64,000 bases of DNA from contig NIVC01001502.1 in assembly GCA_002269645.1 (NCBI GenBank), positions 1-64,000 of the forward strand, given 5' to 3'. A program made the translations under genes and the position numbers. Shown here piece by piece: positions 1 to 10,200 of this stretch (position 1 is the stretch's first letter; every line of letters begins with the position of its first letter). The stretch comes from Macrostomum lignano. Lineage: Eukaryota. The notes under the pieces were generated by a model. That model had not been told where the DNA came from, searched no databases, and saw only the letters and a program-made list of their open reading frames with translations.

Positions 1-2769
1 CTTGAGCAGCGCATCCGCCACCGTAACCGCGTCGATCGCCGCCAGGGCTGCCGTCTCCATCCACTTGGAGAAGGCGTCGCACATGCTCAGGATGTACGCT
101 TTGCCATCAGTCGTACGCGGAAGCGGCCCTTTGATGTCGATCTGCACCAGCCGCCACGGAGCCGTCGGCTGGCACGTCGACTGTAGCGGCGCCTTCTGCG
201 GCTTGGTTGGACTCTTCTTGGCCAGGCAGACCGCACAGCTGGCCACCCAGTTCTCGACGTCCCGTCGCAGACCAGGCCACCAGCAGCGCTCAGACAATCT
301 CGCTCCGGTCTTGTCGACGCCGAGGTGTCCGCTCTGGTCACACGAGTGCGCCTGCTGCAGGAAATGTGGCCGCAGGTGACCGGGAATGACTGGCCGGCCA
401 CCGACCAGCAGGACTCCCGCCGAGCTCACCGAGGCCTCGTCCAGCAGCTCGCGAACCTGCGCCGCCCATGAATCGGACAGGCTGTCAATCCCTTCGGTCA
501 GCGCCTGGAACGCCTTGCTCAGCAGCGGATCTTGCAGTTGCTCCTCGTGCAGGCGGCTGTCGTCCCACCGAGGCTGCAGGCGCGTGCCGGCCACCCGGCT
601 CAGAGCATCCGGCACGACGTTGTCCATGCCAGGCCGGTACAGCAGCTCGAACGAAAACTGCTGCAGCGTAGAAAGCCATCGCGCCAGCCGACCTTCGGGG
701 TCCTTCGTTGCCAGCAGACCTTGCAGTGGCCGGTGGTCCGAGTAGACTCTGAAGCTCGGAACACTCAGCAGGTACGTCCTGAAGTGCTTCAAACTCCAGA
801 CAAGCGCCAGCAGCTCGCGGTCGGTCGCCGAGTAGTTGCGCTCGGCCTTGTTGAGGGTGCGAGAGGCGAACGCCACAGGCAGCTCGGCGTCACCGTGCAG
901 CTGGCTGAGCACCGCGCCGACGGCGAACTGACTGCTGTCGCAGCTGAGCACAAACTGCTTGGTGAAATCTGGCAGTCTCAGCACCGGAGCTGTCGTCAGC
1001 CGGTCCTTCAACTCGCGGAACGCTCGCTCGCAGTCGCTGCTCCACGCGAAGTCCCTCGATTTCACGCTGACGTCGTGCAGGACCCTCGCCGTCTGGCTGA
1101 AGCCTCGGATGAACCGGCGGTAGAAACCCAGCATTCCAAGAAACCGCTTCACCTCCTCGTTCGTCGTTGGGCTGGGCATGCTGCGAATGGCCTCGACCTT
1201 GCCGGGATCCGGTGCGATGCCCTGCTCGCTGATCAGGTGTCCCAGGTACAGCACCCGGCGATGGCCGAACGCGCTCTTGGCCTTGTGCAGCTTGAGTCCC
1301 GCGTCTCGCAGCCGCTTAAAAACTTCCGCCAGCCTCTCTAAGTGCTCGTCGAACGTCCTGCTGAAGACAATGATGTCGTCGATATAAGTCAGCACGGACT
1401 CCCAGGACAGGCCGGACATCACCAGCTCCATGAGCCGCTGGAACGTCGCCGGGGCATTGCACATCCCGAAGCCCATCTTGCAGAATTGCATCAGGCCGCG
1501 CGTCGAATAGAAAGCCGTCTTGTACCGGTCCTCCTCCGCCACCTCCACCTGGTGGTAGCCCTGCCGGCAGTCGATGGTGGAGAACCAGGAGCATCCGACA
1601 AGCGCATCCATGGCCTGCTGCAGGTGCGGCAGCGGGTATGCATCCTTGACCGTGCAGGCGTTGAGCTGCCGCCAGTCCGTGCACAGTCTGATGTCGCCGT
1701 TCTTCTTGCGGACCACCAGCAGGTTGCTGGCCCATGGCGATGTCGACGGTTCGATGATGCCGCTTTCCAGCATCTGACCGATCTTCTTGTCCACCTGGTC
1801 TCGCACAGACAGCGGCAGCCGGCGCTGGACCTGCCGGTGTGGCCGCGCTCCCGGCTCCAGCTCGATTTGGTGCTGCAGCAACGCCGTCGTGCCCAGGTCG
1901 TACTCGTGCCTGGCGAACAGGTCCTCGTTGCTCTCCAACAGCTGTCGCAGCCTCGCAGCATCCGGTTCGGGCAGCTCCGCGTTGATGTTCCAACCGACGG
2001 GGTTCTCCTGGGCCGCCTCCTGGCGACTGTCCCCGTCTGTCATCGCGCCTTCGAACGTGCCGACCGCCTTGTTGGCGTACAGCAGCACGGGCTCCTCTGC
2101 AAGGTTGCACATTTTCACCGGGATGCGGCAGTCGTCCGAGACCGCCAGCACGCGGCCCGGCAGGACGGCAGTGGACTTCACGAAGTCCTCAGACGGCTCA
2201 AAGACTCCCTGCTCGCCGCTGGAATCCACCTTGAGCCACACCAGCTTCTCGCTGCGGGCGGGCAGCTCCGTAGTTGCCGCCACACGCGCCACCAGGACAC
2301 TCGGCACCAGGCGACAATCTGCTCGAGCCGGCTCGCTGCTGAAAGGCACAGCTGTGCCGTCGAACCTGACGACGCCTTCTTTAATGTCAATGGTCATCGC
2401 CTGCGACACCTCGCCAATGAAGTCCATGCCGATGATCAGGCTGGGCTGGATGCCGTCCACGACTGTGAAGCGATGGCGCACGCGGATGGTCTGGCCGATC
2501 GAAACATCCGCTGCTGACAGGCCAAGGCAGCGCAGCCGGGATCCGTCGACAGCCGTCGGCAGCGCACCGATGTCGGTGGAGTCGATCTTGCACTGCAGTC
2601 TGTCGAACAGCGACTTGTCCATCAACGAAACTTGCGCGCCGGTGTCGAGCAGAGCAGGCGCTGACACGCTGCCAAAGTGCACCTTCACGAAGACTGAAGG
2701 CGCTGATCTGAGGGCCCCTTTTGAGCGGGTCGGTGCTGGCCCCAGGCTGCCGACCCTCAGAAGTTTCCC
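1..2769 (-). CDS. Gypsy pol polyprotein (protease, RT, RNase H, integrase), open to the window edge
   Basis: Absent from the ORF track, most likely because it runs off the edge with no stop. Hand translation of one frame gives LLDTGAQVS (2646), TYIDD (~1380), LSCDSSQFAVGAVLSQ (~940), WPGLRRDVENWVASCAVC and QIDIKGPLP...CDAFSKW (integrase, ~70-160). Confidence 0.93.
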
Positions 2770-3935
2770 TGCGGCTGACCAGTTGGTGTCGGGCACACCG
2801 CGGCGGAGTGACCCTTGCCTGAGCACCGGCTGCAGCGGCTGCCGATCGCCTTTGGGCACCGCCTAGCAATGTGACCCGGCTCGCCGCAGCTGAAGCACCT
2901 AATGGGTCCCTTCTGACGCCTGTCTCTTCCGGGTGGTCCCGTTCGCACGCTGGCTGTCAGCTTTCTTTCTTTCTTTTTCGGGTCACGGACATTGTAGCTA
3001 GACGTAGCTAATAGGACCGGGGGCGTAGCCCCATGCAGCCGGGGCGCTGACCCTGCGCGGGCGGCAGTAGACGGCGGAATCCAATTTGCGGCCTGCGGCG
3101 GGTGGCCAGAGAGCGTGGGGACCCGAGTCCCGGTGCGCAGGGCTCCTCCGCAGACCGACTTACGCTGTAAAAACCGCCATCCACCGCCAACCCAACGTTG
3201 GGGACAGCTCTCCCAGGCTGCATACCCGGAGGTGAGACCAATTCGTCACCCGTCGATGGCAGGGACGCACGGAGCTCCTGCCACATTGGCGGGGTGTCCA
3301 GGGGCGCGACGTGGACGCTGGTCTCGTGCCACCCCGGCTGTCAGCTGCTGCATCTGCTGCTCCAGCTGGCTCAGCCGTCTGTCTTCTACCGACACCGCGG
3401 CTGATGAGGCTGTAGTTGCGTGGCTCACCAGCTCAAGCTGCGCAGCTCTGTCGACGATGGCGGCCAGCGAACACGAGTCCGCGTCCTGGTCCTTCAACAG
3501 CGCATCTCTCACGGCAGATGGCAGGAGGCGCATCAGACGAAACTTCACGTCCTTTTCCCGAGCCGCCACGGAGTCGTCCGGGCGGGCCCGAAGGTGGAGA
3601 AGCTTCAGGCTGTAGGCGAGCTCCCTCAGCGACTCGTTGGGCTGTCGCTTTCGCTCTTCAAACTCCTCCATTGCTCTGTAGCAGCTCAGACTGTTGCCGA
3701 AGCACTCGATCAGCTTCTCCTTCAGCCTTTCATAGCTGGCTGACACGTCTGCCGGCTGCTCCCAGACGAAGATTTGCGCTTCTCCTGTCACCAGCAGTCT
3801 CAGCTTCTTTGCCTTCTTCTTGTCGTCCCATTCGCAGTCGTCGGCGAAGTCCTCAAACGTGCTTAGCCACATTCTCACGTTGGAGTCGCCGCTGAACTTT
3901 GGAGGCAATAAACTGGCTTGCTCTGATTTGGCCAT
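2757..3935 (-). CDS. Gypsy gag with two C-terminal CCHC zinc knuckles, interrupted by one in-frame TGA at 3246-3248
   Basis: ORF 3246-3935 (PPKFSGD...W...FE capsid-like). The knuckles CFSCGEPGHIARRC and CSRCSGKGHSAAVC (2757-2948) are in the same frame, and I found no other stop between them. Confidence 0.8.
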
Positions 3936-3941
3936 ACTGAG

Positions 3942-3954
3942 ACCGCTGCCACCA
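3942..3954 (-). promoter_or_regulatory. Primer-binding site complementary to the tRNA-Leu 3' end
   Basis: Minus-strand TGGTGGCAGCGGT (13 nt) matches the ...ACCGCTGCCACCA end of metazoan tRNA-Leu and lies 1 nt from the LTR CA end. Confidence 0.8.
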
Positions 3955-3955
3955 G

Positions 3956-4151
3956 TGTAAGACCGTGGGTTGAATTGCAGAGAATAACAAAACGTGAGGA
4001 GACCTCACTGGCTCACGCCAATATATTTATTGCCAAAGTTGGGGTGGGTGTAACCACCCTAAGCACGCACACGCCGCAGCGCTAAACCCCAACCCCCAAA
4101 CCAGCCAGACGTGCACATCTAAGTGCACGCGCACCAACAAGCCAGACTACA
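3956..4151 (-). repeat. 5' LTR of the gypsy element
   Basis: TG...CA termini, AATAAA on minus at ~4027-4032, adjacent to the PBS. Outer boundary uncertain. Confidence 0.6.
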
Positions 4152-4210
4152 GCTTAAATCCAGCGCTCACACCCAAATATGAAGCATGCTCTAAAGAAGC
4201 AACAACTCAC

Positions 4211-7200
4211 CCAAGAGAGCGCACTTCTCGTCCTCCTGTTTGACCTTCCTCACACATCGACCCAGAGCCTTCACAAACACAAAGTACACTGTGCTCACTG
4301 TCCTGTAGCCCCCTTCCGACACGCGCCCTGATTGACCGTCTTCTCCGGACACTCGTGCTTCAAGTCGACTCCGGGAGTAGACTTCTTCTTTTTCTTCTTG
4401 GCCTTCTCGCCGCACTTCTGATGCATGAAGTCTCTGTGAGCGATACAGCGACCTCGCTTCTCACTGTACTCATAGTGCTCGACGAGCACCTTTCTGGATC
4501 CGTCAATGCACGGTCCGGGCTCCATCACTCGTCGCTTCGGACACTTTTTACCTGGTAACGATTGAAGATTGAGAAGTATTGTAGCTCGACTGTTGTACCG
4601 GAATTGTGGCTAAGTACAGTACGTGCTCGAGATAATTAGTTGGTCTACTCACTCTTTGCAGCTCCTGTAGATCCTGAGGCAGCCTCTCTACACGGTTTTT
4701 CTCTCGCTCTGAACTTCTTCACGCACCGACCCTTGAGCTTGTTCCACTCGAAATAGACTGTGAGCCACCTTTGGATCCGGTCCTCGCAGCCTCCGACCTT
4801 CTTCACTCGCTTTGGAGGGCAGACTGAAATTATCGAAATGGGCAATTCAGTGTTAATCCAGAACTACCTGGAAAAATTCAAACACGTACTGTCGTATTTA
4901 CCTTTGGCTTTCTCATCACTGCAAGTGATTGTGATCTTCTTGGACTTTTTCTCGCATCGACCTTCCAGATCTCTCTTGAATGTGTAGACGATGTTAGTGC
5001 GGTACCCGTTCACGCAGGGTCCGACTTCTTGAGTGACGTCCGCTGGGCAGCTCTTGTTTTTCACTGAATTTTCAATATAAAGTGTATATTATATCATATA
5101 ACTTTGCTTTTTAGCTTCAGAAGTAAACGCCTGCACTTAAAAGAAGCAGACTATGGCGAAAAATCCGTATTTCAGTTTTTACTTCATTACTGTGAGTATT
5201 GTAAACTACTTGCACTTGTTAAAGCCCTGCTTAACGTCATAATTCGATACATACTCGTAATCAATGACGATGTATGAAAAAATTACAGGCCTAAATATGT
5301 AGATGAAATATCCTTTTGTGGACGAATCATTGTTGTTCTAAGAAAAAAAGGCTTGAATGCGTTTAGTAGAAAATCGTAGCTATCCCTCAATTTGTCGCCA
5401 TGCGTTCGGGTATTAAAATTTTTGCGTTATGTTTATACGAGCGTACACAAAAACTTTCACTACATCAAGATCAAAGTACGTGTACATTAGATCCTGATGC
5501 ATACAAGCTATTCAAGCCATGGCGAGAGCTGTTAAGACCAACGACAAATTGCAGGTGCACGAACTTTTAAGCTTTTAAACAGAGCAACGGATAATAATTC
5601 ATTGGATGCTGACCTCAACCCTGCTGCGCATACTAAGATTACATGAAGTAAGTGAAGCGCTATAAGTGTAGTAACGGTGGGCGCAAAAAATGCAATCATT
5701 ACGAGCGTACCTATTTGTTTCAAAAAATACACTTTTGGGCCCACTTCACGCTGCTAACCGACTGTTGAGAGAAACTTTGGTTTCATGTCTGAGCTGCTAA
5801 CTAGCAGAGCCAGCCAGTTAACAGCAAGGTTGTGCCATAGGCAAACATCTACATGTATGTGGGGGCGAATATGGCTCTTTTAAAGCGAGAAGGCTCAAAT
5901 ATTCGGAGCTCGCTGACGTTGGGCCAGTGAAGCGGCATTTCGTGACTTCGAATTCAAATTTGTCACTGTCGATTCAGAAGGCCCATTTGCATCCCAGAGT
6001 ACGTCTGATAGAAACTAATGGGTGCGTAGCATCGCAAAGTGGTCAGCGTTTGCTCACGTGCGCTCAAGCTTCTACTTCTTGGCGCATCGTATTCCAACTT
6101 CGGGCCAAAAGACCCCCGCCAGAAATTGAACGTAATTCTGGGTTCATTCGGAAGCGCTGCTAAAAGTCATCAGCGGCGGCGAAATTCATGCGATCTTTAA
6201 ACTCTCTCGGCAGACGACTATCGACCGGGAGATCAGCTGCTTGAAGCGCGTCGAAAAGTGGAATCTCCATTCTTAGTCGCCTATCAAGGATGCTAAACTT
6301 TAGCTCGTGAAGACAAAAGTTAGCAGGCTGGTAAAAATCTGTTTACAACAGCTAGACTCATAAAACCAAAAGTTCACTAGCAGCTGTGAAATACAGTGTA
6401 ACAGTTAGCAGTGCTTCATGAAATTGGTCCCTGAGGTGTTTAAAAATCCTGCCTTGGTGTGGTGCCACACTCAGACAGAAGAACAGTTCCGGAGACAATC
6501 AAAACATTTATAGTACGTCTTTGCAGCAGTTTCTGCCTTTCTGCCTGACTGAAAATATCAGTCTCGCCATAAAGGTAGAGTACAAGCGGTTAAATGCAGT
6601 AGCTAATACCATTAAGTGCAAGGTAAAACAACATACAAGACAAGATAGAATTACTCGTACTGCATGGTACAGTGGGGATCAAAAAATCATATCGAAAAAT
6701 TATTTTTTGATTAAAATATTGCTAATGTCTTACCCAGCAAGGCGCACTTCTCGTCCTCCTGCTTGACCTTCCTCACACATCGACCCAGAGCCTTCACAAA
6801 CACAAAGTACACTGTGCTCACTGTCCTGTAGCCCCCCTTCCGACACGCGCCCTGGTTGACCGTCTTCTCCGGACACTCGTGCTTCAGGTCGACTCCGGGA
6901 GTAGACTTCTTCTTTTTCTTCTTGGCCTTCTCGCCGCACTTCTGATGCATGAAGTCTCTGTGAGCGATACAGCGACCTCGCTTCTCACTGTACTCATAGT
7001 GCTCGACGAGCACCTTTCTGGATCCGTCAATGCACGGTCCGGGCTCCATCACTCGTCGCTTCGGGCACTTTTTACCTGGAGACGATTGAAGATTGAGAAG
7101 TATTGTAGCTCGACTGTTGTACCGGAATTGTGGCTAAGTACAGTACGTGCTCGAGATAATTAGTTGGTCTACTCACTCTTTGCAGCTCCTGTAGATCCTG

Positions 7201-10200
7201 AGGCAGCCTCTCCACACGGTTTTTCTCTCGCTCTGAACTTCTTCACGCACCGACCCTTGAGCTTGTTCCACTCGAAGTAGACTGTGAGCCACCTTTGGAT
7301 CCGGTCCTCGCAGCCTCCGACCTTTTTCACTCGCTTTGGAGGGCAGACTGAAATTATCGAAATTGGCAATTCATTGTTAATCCAGAACTACCTGGAAAAA
7401 TGCAAATACGTACTCTCGCATTTACCTTTGGCTTTCTCATCACTGCAAGTGATTGTGATCTTCTTGGACTTTTTCTCGCATCGACCTTCCAGATCTCTCT
7501 TGAATGTGTAGACGATGTTAGTGCGGTACCCGTTCACGCAGGGTCCGACTTCTTGAGTGACGTCCGCTGGGCAGCTCTTGTTTTTCACTGAATTTTCAAT
7601 ATAAAGTGTATATTATATCATATAAATTTGCTTTTTAGCTTCACAAGTAAACGCCTGCACTCAAAGAAGCAGACTTTTGCGAAAAATCCGTATTTCAGTT
7701 TTTACTTCATTACTGTGAGTATTGTAAACTACTTGTAGTTGTTAAAGCCCTGCTTAACGTTATAATTCGATACATACTCGTAATCAATGATGATGTATGA
7801 AAAAATTACAGGCCTAAATATGTAGATGAAATATCCTTTTGTGGACGAATCATTGTTCTAAGAAAAAAAGGCTTGAATGCGTTTAGTAGAAAATCGTAGC
7901 TATCCCTCAATTTGTCGCCATGCGTTCGGGTATTAAAATTTTTGCGTTATGTTTATACGAGCGTACACAAAAACTTTCACTACATCAAGATCAAAGTACG
8001 TGTACATTAGATCCTGATGCATACAAGCTATTCAAGCCATGGCGAGAGCTGTTAAGACCAACGACAAATTGCAGGTGCACGAACTTTTAAGCTTTTAAAC
8101 AGAGCAACGGATAATAATTCATTGGATGCTGACCTCAACCCTGCTGCGCATACTAAGATTACATGAAGTAAGTGAAGCGCTATAAGTGTAGTAACGGTGG
8201 GCGCAAAAAATGCAATCATTACGAGCGTACCTATTTGTTTCAAAAAATACACTTTTGGGCCCACTTCACGCTGCTAACCGACTGTTGAGAGAAACTTTGG
8301 TTTCATGTCTGAGCTGCTAACTAGCAGAGCCAGCCAGTTAACAGCAAGGTTGTGCCATAGGCAAACATCTACATGTATGTGGGGGCGAATATGGCTCTTT
8401 TAAAGCGAGAAGGCTCAAATATTCGGAGCTCGCTGACGTTGGGCCAGTGAAGCGGCATTTCGTGACTTCGAATTCAAATTTGTCACTGTCGATTCAGAAG
8501 GCCCATTTGCATCCCAGAGTACGTCTGATAGAAACTAATGGGTGCGTAGCATCGCAAAGTGGTCAGCGTTTGCTCACGTGCGCTCAAGCTTCTACTTCTT
8601 GGCGCATCGTATTCCAACTTCGGGCCAAAAGACCCCCGCCAGAAATTGAACGTAATTCTGGGTTCATTCGGAAGCGCTGCTAAAAGTCATCAGCGGCGGC
8701 GAAATTCATGCGATCTTTAAACTCTCTCGGCAGACGACTATCGACCGGGAGATCAGCTGCTTGAAGCGCGTCGAAAAGTGGAATCTCCATTCTTAGTCGC
8801 CTATCAAGGATGCTAAACTTTAGCTCGTGAAGACAAAAGTTAGCAGGCTGGTAAAAATCTGTTTACAACAGCTAGACTCATAAAACCAAAAGTTCACTAG
8901 CAGCTGTGAAATACAGTGTAACAGTTAGCAGTGCTTCATGAAATTGGTCCCTGAGGTGTTTAAAAATCCTGCCTTGGTGTGGTGCCACACTCAGACAGAA
9001 GAACAGATCCGGAGACAATCAAAATATTTATAGTACGTCTTTGCAGCAGTTTCTGCCTTTCTGACTGACTGAAAATATCAGTCTCGCCATAAAGGCAGAG
9101 TACAAGCGCTAAATGCAGTAGCTAATACCGTTAAGTGCAAGGTAAAACAACATACAAGACAATATAGAATTACTCGTACTGCATGGTACAGTGGGGATCA
9201 AAAAATCATATCGAAAAATTATTTTTTTGATTAAAATATTGCTAATGTCTTACCCAGCAAGGCGCACTTCTCGTCCTCCTGTTTGACCTTCCTCACACAT
9301 CGACCCAGAGCCTTCACAAACACAAAGTACACTGTGTTCACTGTCCTGTAGCCCCCCTTCCGACACGCTCCCTGATTGACCGTCTTCTCCGGACACTCGT
9401 GCTTCAAGTCGACTCCGGGAGTAGACTTCTTCTTTTTCTTCTTGGCCTTCTCGCCGCACTTCTGATGCATGAGTCTCTGTGAGCGATACAGCGACCTCGC
9501 TTCTCACTGTACTCATAATGCTCGACGAGCACCTTTCTGGATCCGTCAATGCACGGTCCGGGCTCCATCACTCGTCGCTTCGGACACTTTTTACCTGGTA
9601 ACGATTGAAGATTGAGAAGTATTGTAGCTCGACTGTTGTACCGGAATTGTGGCTAAGTACAGTACGTGCTCGAGATAATTAGTTGGTCTACTCACTCTTT
9701 GCAGCTCCTGTAGATCCTGAGGCAGCCTCTCTACACGGTTTTTCTCTCGCTCTGAACTTCTTCACGCACCGACCCTTGAGCTTGTTCCACTCGAAGTAGA
9801 CTGTGAGCCACCTTTGGATCCGGTCCTCGCAGCCTCCGACCTTCTTCACTCGCTTTGGAGGGCATTCTGCAATGAGTTTTTGAGCAGCAAAATCACACTC
9901 GTTTGCTACTGTCAGCAGCCAATCTAAACCAGAAACTCACCAGTTGCTTTCTTCGATCTGCAGGGGCTAGTAACCTTCTTCACATTCTTTTGGCAGTGTC
10001 CCTCGGTGTTGCGCGAGTAGTGATAAAGAATGCTGGTGCGGAAACCGCTCTTACAAGGCCCTGTCTCCACGGTGTCGTCAGATGGACAAGCTTCTGTGGC
10101 AACTTTATAAAAAATGGAAAGTAGCTATTAGTTAGAAATTTTTATCATATAAGTAAATCTTTGAGCGGATGCGGAAATTTAGTGTTACCCAACGCGGCGC

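Larger units (their letters stand above)
1..4151 (-). mobile_element. Ty3/gypsy LTR retrotransposon, 5' part (5' LTR, PBS, gag, pol); 3' end lies outside the window
   Basis: Domain order gag-PR-RT-RNaseH-IN. The LTR/PBS junction reads ...TTACA-C-TGGTGGCAGCGGT on minus. The outer LTR edge at 4151 (TGTAG) is tentative because the 3' LTR is not available for comparison. Confidence 0.93.

Noticed and set aside
532-2866. Long plus-strand ORFs (269, 391 and 359 aa)
   Set aside because: Antisense shadows of GC-rich gypsy pol; the recognisable motifs are all in the unlisted minus frame.
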